Shown: positions 13,340-26,879, counted from the stretch's first letter. The stretch is 64,000 bases of DNA from Eledone cirrhosa (GCA_964016885.1 OZ024741.1:391902001-391966000), one strand, 5' to 3'. The notes: generated by a model from the sequence alone, not told the origin. Translations and numbers: made by a program.

Positions 13340-13615
13340 ATGGAGGTCGAACAGCAAGTTAGTTCATATTTTAAATCAAACAATTTGTTATCTAGACGGA
13401 TCGTTGAAGAACAAGAATACATTCAGAAAATGTATGCGGAAAAGTGGCAGCAGATGACTTGTGAAGAACGAGAGTCTATGTACAACAGTTTCGCTGTACC
13501 AACGTCAGTGTTGGAAAAATATTCCAGTATCGCCAAAATAAATGAATATCCAGATTCTTTTCCAAGGCATGTTGTGGCCTGTGGTGAGAAAATTGTTGTA
13601 GACTACGACAACGAT
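13340..13615 (+). CDS. C1orf198: C1orf198-like (DUF4706) protein, coding exon 1
   Basis: MEVEQQVSSYFKSNNLLSRRIVEEQEYIQKMYAEKWQQMT...FPRHVVACGEKIVV resembles C1orf198 ([27 protein letters not shown]...GQKVV). GTGAGT donor at 13616; upstream acceptor-like TAG ending at 13322. Confidence 0.85.
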
Positions 13616-14174
13616 GTGAGTATAAAACTGCACACACACACTTATATGTACTTGTGAAAACACTATCTTAAAGCTAGTGCTTTTGTAATATATATTCCTA
13701 TAGATAAAGTGCCACATTAAAATGTGTACATGTATATATATATATATATATATATAATATCCAGGAGATTCCAACCAGAATGGTTGCATTTTTTAAGGGT
13801 ATGTCAATATTTATCTATAAAACTAATCTATATTATATTTTATCTGATGAAAGCGCACCATAGTTTGCTCTGGTGGCCCTTGAAATATGTATAATGAAAT
13901 AAATATAGTTTCCATTTGTTAATATATTGTATATTTACTCCAATAATTTGTTGAGTGCTTTATATCAGTTATAAAAATATTTTGCTTGTATCCCAACAAA
14001 TTAAATATAACCTATACATATATATATAATATATATATTTATACACAGATTTGAAGGTGGATCATCCAAATGGTCGCTGAACTTAACATAACCGACGGTA
14101 AATTTATAAAAAACCACTCCCACCGGTTTCAGTTTAAAATAATTATTGTTCCTCCAATTAAATTTACCTCCGAA

Positions 14175-14340
14175 TACATCACAAGGGACTTTTTCCCCGG
14201 AAAACGGAGGGGGTCCCTCGGACTTGACTCCCTACGGAATTTTCTTTACCCCCTAACCCCAGGCGTGAGTAAGAAGTTCGACGGACCCCTCCTCTTCCCT
14301 CTCCGTTTTCCTTGGAAAAAAAGTCCTTTGCAGTATGTTT
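14175..14340. repeat. Short GC-rich inverted-repeat (MITE-like) element
   Basis: CAAGGGACTTTTTCCCCGGAAAACGGAG pairs with CTCCGTTTTCCTTGGAAAAAAAGTCCTTTG. Confidence 0.6.
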
Positions 14341-15260
14341 GGAGGTTAGATTAGTGATAATCCATGCAAACAACCATACAGTGATGAATAAATCAAAAGT
14401 CATTTCACTCAGCTGCGTCTTTTCCAATTATTTTTGTTCACTGCTGTTACCTGTCAGTTTAATGATCCACTAGCTAAATTGAACTTCCACATTTTAAATT
14501 TTCATTCTTTTACTGGTTTCAGTTATTGGACTGTGGCTACACTGGGGCACCACCTTCAAGGGTATAGTCAATTATATTGTGCTAGGGCTACTATAACATA
14601 CAGCCAGTACCATAAAGTGGTAGGTAATTCTGGTGCCACAGTAAAATACACCCAGTACATTCTGAAAAATAATAGGTAGTACTGGTACCACAATAAAATA
14701 CACCCAGTACACTGTAAAGTGGTTGGCATTAGGAAAAGCATCCAGTCATAGAAACCAAGCTAAAAATAGAATGTATGTTCGCCAATCCATCTTGTCTCCG
14801 ACTGGAACAACCCAAACAGCCTATGCCAGAATGAAAAACAGGGAAAATAACAATGATGATTGGAGATGGGATTTGCACTTAGAAATTTTCCCCCCAAGGC
14901 TCAAACCTGGACAAGATGTTTTTGTGGATGACCAGCAGTTACCCATGCATACCAGTCTCCCCTCTCCACATCACTGATGTTGTCCAAAGGAAAGGCAAAG
15001 GTGATACAGCTTGGCACCAGCAACGTCACAGCTCATTTCTCCAGCTGAATAAACTGGAGCAACATGAAATAAGGTGTCTTGCTAAAGCACACAACGCATC
15101 ACCTGGTCCAGGAATCAAACTTACAACTTCACAATTGCAAGTCCAATTCTCTAACCACTAAGCCACATGACATCACATAGACAAGGTAGTAGCTGAGCAA
15201 TAAGAAATCATTCTGTGGAAATAAAATAAAAGATATTTCTTTGCTAATTTTCTTTTGTAG

Positions 15261-15311
15261 TGTCAGACTTGGCCTGATGAACATTCTGGACCATTTTCTT
15301 GGAAGACTAAG
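15261..15311 (+). CDS. C1orf198: C1orf198-like coding exon 2
   Basis: TTTTGTAG acceptor, GTATGT donor. CQTWPDEHSGPFSWKTK matches the conserved TWQDEHSAPFSWETK motif. Confidence 0.92.
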
Positions 15312-18300
15312 GTATGTCTTGAAATTATATGGAATTTTTTTGTGAGATTTTGACTTTATTTGTGGATTATTTTATTAATCTAGTTGATTCAAAGGGAGCA
15401 CCACTTTCAGATTATATATCATGTTTAAACAAATGGACTCTTAATTTGTATGTATATATACATGTGTGTGTGTGTATCTTGCACAATTACACCTCTCAAA
15501 GGCAATGACACAGGACCATGACCTCTGGCGCTATGCAGTTTTTCAGAAGACCCGCCATCTATTATTCTCAGGCTGAGGCTTATACCTAGTAGGCAACACC
15601 TTCCTTAATCTTCTCCTCCTTTTGCGGTAACCTTATCTCTCCTATTACCTATGTTCACAATTTCCCAAAGCTACCTCCTCCCTCTCTAGTCCAAAGACAA
15701 AAGTGCCCAGTCCCCACTGTAAAGTGGTCGTTTCATGACAGGTCAAAAGTGCCCAGTCCACACTGTAATGTTATCATTTAGGTGTCATGACAAAACGTGC
15801 CCAGTGCACACTTTAAATGTGGTTGGCGGTAGGAAGGGCACCCAGCTGTAGAAACCAAGCCAAAATCTGCCCCAGGTGAGCTAAACATGGTTCACTGACC
15901 TGTTTTTCTCCCTTAGGGTCAAGCCATCCTACCCATGAATAATGGACACTAAACGACAAGGTTGGTGATATATATATATATGAAGTGCGTATGTATATGT
16001 ATATTGCATGTATGGTATATGTATATGAACGCAGATATATATATGTGTATATCATTATAATGATGGGTGCATGTATGTAGATATATATATGTATATTATG
16101 CTGGTACCACAAAACATCCAGTCCACACTAAAGTGATTGTGTAGGTGTCATGACAAAAAGCACCCAGCCTACACTGTAAAGTGGACATGTAAAAGACACA
16201 GCAAAAAGCACCCAGCACACACTGTCAATGTGGTTGGCATTAGGAAGGGCATCCAGTCGTAGAAAACCAGCCAGAAACACTCCTATATGAGCAAGACATG
16301 GTCACCTGACCCAACTTGTCTCTAAATTGGACAAATCCGTCTAACTCATGCTAGCGTGAAAGATAGACATTAATCGATGATGATGATGGTATTTAATGAA
16401 GAAAATCAGGAAATTTGGTTACTGTATTTTGCAGCTTATAAGATGTTCTGATGACTAATTCCAAGTAATATTTACTCCATTGAAATCTAATCTTATTTCA
16501 ACTTGAAATCCTCACCCATCGGGATAAATTAATCACAAACTAGGATGGAGCACTAAATTTATATCAAATACATGTATGTTTGCATATAGAAATAAAGTTA
16601 GGTATCATTTATTGGTATGTTAAAACTCACTAGGCTTAATACTCACTTGTTGAACACCTTATTTTAGTTTGAAATCCTAATCAATCCTGACTAATTCATA
16701 AAAAGCACTAAATTTACATTTAGTAAAATTTGCCAGTATGTTAATTCTAAAATAAAATTAGGTCACATTTATGGGATGGTTAAAACATTACAGCTATAAG
16801 CACCACTCACCATGTGACAAAAACATTGTTTTGGCTAGGAGAGGTGCATTTCTATAGAACATTCTATAACAATGCCTCGTTCAACTTGTTCTTTCAGTTG
16901 TGACTTCAGAATATTAAATGTGCTGGTATTACTGGTACATTTATTTTTTGTATATAAATTTTTTCAAAATCCGCATCTACAGTATGCATAAACAGATAAA
17001 ATTTTCTTCATATCTTCAATATCGTATGTGGTAAAGAGACAGCTTTTTATTGCCAGACTATAGCCATATTACATTGAATATATTGAAAGTCTTCACTTAT
17101 ATTTTTAAAACACTGTAAATGTGGTTGGTGTTAGGAAGGGCATCCAGCTGTAGAAAACCTGCCCGATACAATCCTATACAAGCGAGACACAGTCACCCGA
17201 TCAATCTTGCCTCAAGTGGAACAATTTCCATCTAACCCATGCTAGCGTGGAAGATAGACGTTAAGCAATGATAATGATGATGATAACCATTAGAGTTATT
17301 AAGGAAAAGAAACTATTATAATTTTGTATATTTTCAAATCCAGAAAATTCACAGCTGTCATCTGAAGTACCAGAAAAAATAGTTTTGAGCATTCTGACAA
17401 TCACTTCCTGAGTCATTTTATACTATTGAGATCATGAATATCAGACTGAACTATCTTCTGTTCATTTAAAGCATTTGTTAAAGGACTTCACAACAGTCTT
17501 GGTTTTCAATTCTTCCTTGCAATTTTCAGAACTTGGCAAACCTGTCTAATATTAGGTTCTTTTATTCTTCCAGTTGGTGTAAGATCATATGGAACTTTTG
17601 TTGCCATGTATTTTGGCTTAATCAACTACCATTCATTTAAAACTCATGGTGTATGTATGTCTCTTCTTCCCAGCCAGTGTACTAAAAAGAAAAAATGATT
17701 ATCTGTGAAAATATAAAAATTAGCTCAAACAATCTTGTACAATTTATTTCTCACTGACAGTAAAATACTGTATTTTGATCAAAATATTTCAGTCAGTTAT
17801 AAACAAACGGTATAAGTCCACCTTACCCCCAATGATCTCACAACTTGAACTAGTAAAACAGTGATTGGTGGTTGAGTTGCTGTGGCATGCACAACCCTAT
17901 ATTGTGACGGTCTCAGTGCATACTGACTTCTTCAGCTGTTGTCAGGCCATTGTATTTGCTTGGTAATATTTTACACTGTAAATAACATAAGATAGAGTAA
18001 ATATGATTACTAGTACCTACAATAGTATAGCCACCATGTGCTATCAAAAGCACAATATATGGTAGAAATATTTTAAAGTTGGTCGTTTTAGTGCCACAAT
18101 AAAGAGCACCCAATCCAATCTGTAAATGTGGTTGGCATTAGGAAAGGCATCCAGTTGTAGAAACCAAGCCAGAAACAGTTTTGTATGAGCAAGACATGGT
18201 CACCTGATCTGACTTGTCTCACAACAGAAAAACTCATCTAACCCATGCTACCATGGAAAATGGACGTTAAATGGTGATGATGATGATGCTCTGTGATTTT

Positions 18301-18641
18301 GGTAGTTTAAGAAATATGGAAGGAAGGTGTTACTTCAACAGGAATTTCATTTACAATCAATATCTCAGTATCTCAGTTTCACAAATAGCTTTTCACAAAC
18401 AATATTTAATTTTGGAACGCTAGTCATTTTATTTTCCCAATCTCAGCATTGGATGTAACTTGGAGAGCTCCTGTTCAACACACTTTTCAAACTTATAGTT
18501 CCTTCAGCTAAGAGGATGCAGGATGTTTTTTTAGAAACATATCATAGGGGAAAATTGCATCTCATGAACTACAAAATATGTAATTAGCATTCCTTATTAT
18601 CAACTCATTAATTAATTTCATTTTTTTTACATTATTGCTAG

Positions 18642-19598
18642 AGCCAGCAAGATTTATCATTACTGGATCTTGAACCTGACCAACTTACAAAGAAAAGTGA
18701 AAAACCTAGAAAGGCCCCACCTCCTGCTAAACAAATATTTGAAACAAAAACTTGTCCTCGGAAACGAGAGAATGGTGGTATATGGGATTCTCCTTTCCTC
18801 GCTGCTGAGCGTGGCATGGACCCTGTATTTACAAACAACATCATCGACCCCAGCACCAGCACCAATTCAAAAGAAGAAAAGGCTATTTCTCCTGTTAAAG
18901 AAGAGCAAATCTCAGAAGATGCAACAAAAGCCTCAAAACAACCACCTCCACTTCCTTCAACGCGCCCCCCTTCAATTACCAGACCCCCTTCTGTACGACC
19001 ACCTCCACCACCTGTCCCCACCACTGTGCCTAGAAAAGTAGACTACCATACTGTGCCTCTGGCTGATTCACATCCAAAAAAAGCTGGTCGCAAGAGTAAT
19101 CGCAATTCAAGATCTGAAATAAAGGCAACAACACAGAAAAACACTTCAAATACACAACCTAAACAGAATGTTGACCACAAACGAGATTCTGGCAGATTTG
19201 AATCTCAAGTTGCACCTAGTAGCCATATGTCAATAAATAACCCTGCTTTTACTGACAGTGATGAAAATGGCATTATAGAACTGAAAACCACCACTGCTAC
19301 TACTACTCTAAGTTCACAAGGGGAATGGTCTCATTTTATTGGTGAAAAAGAAGCCAGTAGCGCTAGCTCAACTCCAACTAAACAGCTTTTAAAAGAGCCA
19401 GAACCAATGACTATTTCTAGACAAATGGAACCTATTCCAGTGAACAATACTAGTTTTGTTGTTGATGAAGAGGAAAGTGCTTCATATTCCTGCAACAATG
19501 AAGAGTCAGAATCTTTGCTAAAGATCGACGACCAATTTGAAAAAGCTAATTTGAATGCTGTTAACACTCTGGAATCTGAAGAGAATGTTGAATCTAAG
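18642..19598 (+). CDS. C1orf198: C1orf198-like coding exon 3 (long Pro/Ser/Thr-rich, low complexity)
   Basis: 957-nt open exon starting SQQDL, which continues the ...TKSQ motif. In frame with ORF 18816..19625; AAG|GTAGAG donor. Confidence 0.85.
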
Positions 19599-20827
19599 GT
19601 AGAGACTTTATTTCATTCAACTTAGGTCTTATATATGCATTGGTCTTTTCTTTTGTTTCCTTTTGGGGTGCCCCATTGGACGACCAAGGATAGGATAGAA
19701 TTGTTTCCTTTTGTTTTTAATCTGTTGTCAATCTGATGTAGAGTGAGAGTAAGATGTCAGACTATCTTCTAACAGGCTTAAAATTGATTTAACTGCAAAA
19801 TATGAATTAATTAACATAGACACAGGCATGGCTTTGGGGTTAAAGAGTTTGCTTTACAAGCATGTAGTTTCATAGTATGTCTCACCCTTGCAAGCAGGGA
19901 AAAGCAGACGTAAAATGATGATGATATATATTATATTATTTATTATATATTTATATATGAATTAACAATTTTATTTATTATATATTATTTACAATTTGCA
20001 TGTAGGAAGGTCTCTCTGGAAATAGGGGTTGGGGGCGCTGAGGGTATTACGTGATCGTGGGGGGGGCAAAAGGCTTGAGAACTTTTGCTTTGAATTATAT
20101 CTGCTATTTTAACTGTACTATTATATCACCAAGTAGAAAATTCACAGGATCATCAAACCATCAGATTAAATGTTTTATGTTATTTGTTCTGGCACAATAT
20201 ACTCAGTTGAAATCCCTTTGAAGTCAACTTTGCCTTTCATTCTTTCAGTGTTGATAAATAAAGTATCGGTACAGGTTAGGTGAAATTGTCGAGTGTCAAA
20301 CTAGTTGCATTGTGATATCTGGCCTAGTTCTTTGTGTTCAAATTCCTAAATCCATCAACAATGATTCTAGACATTTACAGTCTCATCATTAGGATGTGGA
20401 GTGTTGTCTTTTTATTGCCTCTTCTATTGTAGACAAATGTAATTTGTGAAACCTTCTTTGCCAGAATTTATAATAATAATAATAATGAAATTATTGTGTA
20501 CAGTGCTCGGGTGCACTACAACTCATCAAAGGTGCATGTATAGTACATAGAATAATGTACAAATGTCAGGAAAATGAACAGTATGAGTCATGATATAATA
20601 ATAATAACAATAATGAAATATTGTGTACAGTGCCCAGGTGCACCACAACTTTATTGCTGGAATTTAAAGCTTGATCATTGGATTTGTACATCATCAATTA
20701 GGTGTATATTATTTATGTGTTCATTTTAACATTGTATTGTGATATGAGTACCACTTCCATAATTGTCAATGCTTATGAGGAATTAATACTTAGAAACTTA
20801 AATATATTCATATTTTCTTAATTGCAG

Positions 20828-20878
20828 CGTGATTCTAACATTCCTCGATCCGGATTTGACTTCTTGGATGATTGGTAG
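20828..20878 (+). CDS. C1orf198: C1orf198-like terminal coding exon
   Basis: TTGCAG acceptor. RDSNIPRSGFDFLDDW* matches the C1orf198 C-terminus (..GFDFLDNW). Confidence 0.9.
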   Translation, partial: RDSNIPRSGFDFLDDW

Positions 20879-20906
20879 ATGAAACGTCATTTTATGGAAA
20901 GCATTC

Positions 20907-20963
<57 letters not shown>

Positions 20964-21722
20964 TAAAAACTACTCAAATATAGAACAAGTGACCAGATGA
21001 TTTAACAAAGTAAACAAAAAATGAAAAATATCACCAAAAAAGAAGGCATAGGGTAGACAAGAATTATGCATAAAAATGTATATAAATTGTCTACAATGAA
21101 TATTCATGCTGAATGGAACGAAGAGAAAAGGATCTGACGTTTTGAGTTAAACTCTTTATCAAAGTAAAGAAAGAAAATTGTTTGAACGATACCAAGCTGA
21201 AGAACAGATATATATATATAACCATATCTTATATAGGGCTGTACGTGTGCACATTCATATACATGTCCGTGTGTGTGTTTGTAAGTACGAAGCTGTGAGC
21301 AAATGTATGTGGATATAAAGGTGTGTACAGAACTGTGTAGGTAAATATAGAGGTGTGTGTGCATTTTTTGTTGGTCTGTAAAAGCTGTAAGATTGTATGT
21401 TTCTGACCATAACAGAGCCATAGAAAGACGTGCTCCATCACCACCTTTTCAAAATAGGTATATCACAACTGTTTTCCAAGAGGTGGCAATATGAATGGAC
21501 CTGCTACTTTTCTCTAAAAAAAAGTTTTTCTGCCCTGTCCATCTCCTCAATCTTTCTATTTCTTCTTTAATTTCTCATTCTATCTTCTGATGAAGGACAA
21601 GCATCTGAAACATTAAGACTCTTTTCCTACTATATCAAGCATAAAACTTATAATATATTTCTTCATTGTACTGTGTCGTTTGCTTTATTTCTATTTGCCT
21701 ATTGCATACATATATATATATA

Positions 21723-22266
21723 TATGAGGGGGGGGGGGTCTTCAAAAGGTTTTTGGGAAAAGTACATAGCTAAAAATCATATGCAGGGATTTTGATTTCA
21801 ATGCACCTCTACGTTCTCGTACTGACATGTCATATGTTCTAACATGAATCCTTAAATGCATGTTGCAACATGGCAGCACCAGTTGGAAGTCAGCACCCAC
21901 TCAAGTAACATAGCCTCCATCAAAATTGAGACCAGAACAAACATCAAATTCATAGTGAAGCTAGGGTGGAAGAGCAGCCACATTATTGACGTTCTGGAGC
22001 AAGTTTATGGGGGAAATGCCCCCAAGAAATCAACAACCTACAAATGGATAAAATCATAGAAAGGTACCCATTTTCCATCAGTTGAAGATGTAAAAAAAGC
22101 TGCTTTAACAGGGTTTGCATTGCCCTCAGTTTTACACAGATCGACTTAAAGGCTGGTATCAACACTTGCAGAAGTGTATTGACCTAGATGGAGCATATGT
22201 TGACAAATAAACATCATAACTTAAACCATTTTTTCCAGCTGTCCTTTTTCCACAAACTTTTTGAAT
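21723..22266 (+). mobile_element. Internally deleted Tc1/mariner transposon
   Basis: N-terminal HTH (RTNIKFIVKLG..VYGGNAPKKSTTYKWI) fused to the C-terminus (..KCIDLDGAYVDK*); partial TIRs TTCAAAAGGTTT / AAACTTTTTGAA. Confidence 0.85.
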
Positions 22267-22634
22267 ATATACTCTACCAATGTATTGAGTACCTTTTTTA
22301 ACTGGTTACCCCCCCCCCCCCCCCCCCCCCCCTAACACCACTCGGGAATCTACATATATATATATATATATAGTAATAATAATAAATGTGAAGACTAAAA
22401 TCCATAGAGGGCGATAAGGATAATATATATATAATATACATAAAACCGTAGAGCAAATATTTATTAAAATAACAGATTAAAGTTTAAGCTAAGAATCACT
22501 GCTTTCACCCTTAACGGGATCTTCTGAAACTAAAAAAAAATCAATCTGTGGACACAGAAGTAAATATTTCGAAAAACATTGCAACTGAAGGAAAACAGGA
22601 AGACAATACTTTGGTTTGTGAAGAACGGAAAAAA

Positions 22635-22945
22635 GCGAAGATAATATGTCGTCATGTGGAGCGATGAGAACAATTACACGCATAGACAAAAAACCCAAAC
22701 CACGTTTATGGTATAAATGGAGTCATTAGACTAATATTCTATTTAGGAGACCGATTTAATAACCTGTCATTTTCATTCAACAAATTTATTTACATTATTC
22801 TTAAACTCCGGAGCTGAGAATCATTCGGTTGCCTAAATAGAATATTAGTCTAATGACTCCATTTATACCATAAACGTGGTTTGGGTTTTTTGTCTTTTGC
22901 GTGAAATTGTTCTCATTGTTCCACATAATGACGTATTATCTTTGC
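22635..22945. repeat. Foldback/MITE-like inverted repeat, ~115-bp arms
   Basis: AAAAAACCCAAACCACGTTTATGGTATAAATGGAGTCATTAGACTAATATTCTATTTAGG recurs as its reverse complement about 75 bp downstream. Confidence 0.85.
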
Positions 22946-22957
22946 ATGTTTTCCTGC

Positions 22958-24392
22958 TGGAGATAAATATGTCCGGAATGATGCTGGTGTACTTAGTGTC
23001 ACTAATGATCAGAAAAAGGAGGCCTGGAAATGTCATTATGAGAGGCTGATGAATGTGGAGAACGAATGGGCGAGAGAGAAACTACCCCCAGTAGACCCAA
23101 CAGAGGGACCAGCTATTGAGATTGACGAATATAGGGTCCAACAGGCAATTAAGGAAATGAAAAATGGTAAGGCAGCTGGACCGTTGGGGATAGTTGCTGA
23201 GATGCTGAAGGCATCAGAAGTAGGTACTAAATTGGTTGCATGCATCGTCAAGTTATATATGGCGGAGTCATATCCAAAGACTGGTGCAGCAGTATTCTCA
23301 TAAATTGCGACAAAGGTAAAGGAGATGCTCTGGAGAGGAGCAATTATAGAGGCATAAAACTGATGGATCAGGTTATGAAAGTGGCATAAAGAATATTAGC
23401 ACAACTAATTAGAGAAAGGGTCAAACTAGATGAGATGCAGTTTGGTTTTGTGCCTGGGAAAAGTACAACAGATGCCCTCTTCTTAGTGAGACAACTACAA
23501 GAGAGGTTCTTAGAGAAAAATAACCCACTATACTTAGCTTTTATACCTAGAGAAGGCCTTTGATAGAGTACCCCAATCTGTCATCTGGTGGTCCCTAAGG
23601 AAACTAGGTGTTGAGGAATGGCTTGTGAGGACAGTGCAAGCTTTGTACAGAGGTGCTGTCAGTAAAGTGAGGGTAGGAATGGAGTTTAGTGAGAAATTAC
23701 AGATACAAGTAGGAGTACATCAGGGTTCGGTCCTCAGCCCACTCTTGTTCATTATAGTCCTCCAAGCCATAACAGAGGAGTTTAACACTGGCTGTCCATG
23801 GGAACTTCTCTATGCTGACAATCTGGTTCTTATAGCAGAATCAGTACAAGCGCTAGAGAATAAATTCTGGCTTTGGAAATGGCAGTTGGAATTAAGAGAA
23901 CTGAGAGTGAACCTAGCGAAGACAAAAGTGTTGATAAGTAGAAAAGAGGACAAAACTCTGATTCTGTCAGGGAAATGGCCATGTTTGATATGTAGAAAAG
24001 TAACTAGCATAAATTCCATAAAATGTACACAAGAGATGTAGTAGGATAGCAGGCAAACTAACAGGTAGGGAAAACTACGTATGCAGTAGATGTACAGGGA
24101 AAGTTGACAGTAGAAATCGCATTTTTCCAATGCAGGTAGGTTCTATAGAAGTGGTTGATAGCTTCCGGTATCTAGGTGATCAAATTAACATGGGAGGAGG
24201 GTGTTCCAAGGCCATAGTATTTAGAATAAGGACGAGTTGGAAGAAGTTTAAGGAGCTGCTTCCTCTGCTGACAAAGAAGGGTTTCTTCCTGGATACGAAA
24301 GGCCGGTTATATGATGCCTGTGAGATGGGTAGTAACTGCAGAGGATATGCGATGGCTGGAGAGAAATGAAGTAAGCATGCTCCGTTGGACGA
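22958..24392 (+). mobile_element. RTE LINE fragment (RT region), decayed, diverged subfamily
   Basis: MKNGKAAGP, QFGF, GVHQGSVLSP, YADN and KWPC motifs. Confidence 0.9.
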
Positions 24393-25500
24393 TCCAACTG
24401 AACTGGAAAACACGTACAACACTGCATCAATCATATGCAGTTCTCTGACTACAACCAAAACACGTACAACACTGCATCAATCATATGCAGTTCTCTGACT
24501 ACAACCAAAACACGTACAACACTGCATCAATCATATGCAGTTCTCTGACTACAACCAAAGAGACAGAATCAGGGTGTACAAAGGAACCACAGAGAAATAT
24601 AAGACCCTCATAGAGATGGACATGGAAGGGATTTGCCCATTGTACAGGAGCAAATCATGGAATAGCATAGATAGGACTAAACATAAGATAGGTACGACAA
24701 CCAGCGATACCAGAGTGTCATGTTCGTGGATGCAATCCCTGGAGGTTAATTAGTTAACCTGTGTAAAATGGCCTTAAGAAAGACCCATTTAAAGATTAAA
24801 GTGGTAGAAAAACCAGGAACTACTATAAAATCCCTGATCATCAAAACTTACCCCTTTAAGAAAACCCACTGTACTAATAAGAAATGTGAATAAATCCACA
24901 AATAAATTGTAAAACTAGAAATGTAGTCTATAGCATAAGAGGTACAGGGGGTACTTTCAGAAATATGACAACGACATACATAGTAGAGACAGCTCGGAGC
25001 ATAGGGGAGGGAATAGATGAACACTGGGGGGAACTAAACGGACAAAAAGATGGTTCAGTACTATATGACCACGCCAGACAAAGACATGATGGTAATATAG
25101 ATAACACAAACATTAAAATAATATCCAAACATAGAAATGACTCAACAGGTAGACAAGTCAGAGAATCAACTGAAATAGAACTAAGAAAACCGAAATTGAA
25201 CAGAAAAAATGAATGGAATAACAACAACAACCATACACAAACACACAATAGTGACCTAAGATAAATATAAATAAATATACACAGGTACAATAACAACAAC
25301 CACACATAAACACACACTAGAATACAAACACACAGAGACTCAGACACGATCACACACCAAACAGAAAATACACACACAAATGCATGCGCAAACCGATTAA
25401 AAATAAATTTAAAAAATAGAATAGACATTACAGTACAACGGGAGGAAACATAATAGTACTACTGATGATGTCACAGGGTGTGATGAAAGAACTTTTATAG
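24392..25500 (+). mobile_element. Penelope-like element (Naiad-like) 3' fragment, copy A
   Basis: GIY-YIG region (YIVETARSIGEGIDEH..RQVRESTEI), collinear with copy B; starts with a triplicated ~50-bp unit and ends in a hammerhead-like motif. Confidence 0.85.
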
Positions 25501-26712
25501 ACGATAAACACTATAGACGAGAGGGCTCAAATTCTCCACTCACACTATGCTAAACCAATGGCCTCCAAATATCTGATACTCAAAAACTCAGCAATGTACA
25601 ATAGTGCTAAGTTTAATATTCTGATCGCAGACTTGGTAAGAGTGATGAAGAATGTGTCCCACATGTGCGACCCAACTGAAATGGAAAGACACATCCAACA
25701 CTTCATCAATCGCATGAAGTTCTCTGGTTACAACCAAAGAGACAGAATCAGAGTATACAAAGGAACCACAGAGAAATATAAGACCCTCATAGAAATGGAC
25801 ATGAAAGGAATTTGTTAATTATACAGGAGCAAATCATGGAATAGCTTAGATAGGACTAAACATAAGATAGGGAAAGTCATGGTTCGACAACCAGAGATAC
25901 CAGAGTGTCATGTTCCTGGATGCTACCCCTGGAGGAAAATTAGCTAACCAATGTAGAAAGGCCCTAAGAAAGATCCATTTAAAGATTAAAGTGGTAGAAA
26001 AGCTAGGAACTGCCATAAAATCCTTGATCAGCCAGACATACCCCTTTAAGAAAACCCACTGTACAAATAAGAAATGTGTTATATGTAAAATGAACCCCCA
26101 GATAAACTGTAAAACTAGAAATGTAGTCTATAGTATAAGATGTACAGAGGGTACTTGCAGAAACATGACAATGACATACATAGGTGAGACAGCTCAAAGC
26201 ATAGGAGAAAGAATAGACCAACACTGGGGGGAACTAAAAGGATAAAAAAAAAACGGTTCAGTATTATATGACCACGCCAGACAAAGACATGATGGTAATA
26301 TAGACAACATAGAAATTAATATAATATCTAAACATAGAAATGACTCAACAGGTAGACAAGTCTGAGAATCAACTGAGATAGAACTAAGTCGAACAAAGTT
26401 GAACAGAAAGAACGAATGGAATAGCAACAACCATACCCAAACAAACAATACTGGCTTAAGGGAAATATAAATATATACACAAATACAATAACAACAAACA
26501 CATATAAATACACACTAGTGAACAAAGATAGAATACAAAAACAAAAACACATACACTCAAACGCGAACGCAAACGCAGAGACAGAGACAGAGACAAGAAG
26601 AAATAAATTAATTAATTAAACTAAAAATGGCGTAGACATTACAATACAATGGAAGGAAACATAATAGTACCACTGATGATGTTGCAGATGGGCGACGAAA
26701 GAATTTTGATAG
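25501..26712 (+). mobile_element. Penelope-like element (Naiad-like) 3' fragment, copy B, in tandem with A
   Basis: RT thumb (HYAKPMASK..NSAM..), FLDATPGGKL, IKVVEKLG, Cys-rich linker, NVVYSIRC..YIGETAQSIGERIDQH (GIY-YIG). The clade assignment is from motif resemblance. Confidence 0.88.
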
Positions 26713-26879
26713 ACTATATATATATTTATATCTGTATTTTAACCACTGGTCAATCATTGATAAACATTGATTTCCAAATAAATTAACTATCGAGATATAA
26801 AAGATACAGAAGTGAAAACCAACCCAAACCAAACAGTGAGTGTGATCTGTTATTATTTCTGGCGATTTCCGGTCATCCA

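Noticed and set aside
19599-19625. ORF-track end VETLFHST* as the C1orf198 C-terminus
   Set aside because: This is read-through into the intron; the conserved FDFLDDW terminus is in exon 20828-20878.
22309-22332. Long poly-C run
   Set aside because: Homopolymer with no supporting context; its length may be a sequencing artefact.
24407-24556. Three ~50-bp direct repeats
   Set aside because: Simple slippage or template-jump triplication of Penelope coding sequence; no spacers.
24392-26712. Possible selenoprotein-encoding Naiad element
   Set aside because: No in-frame TGA at conserved Cys positions shared by both copies, and no SECIS recognisable by eye.
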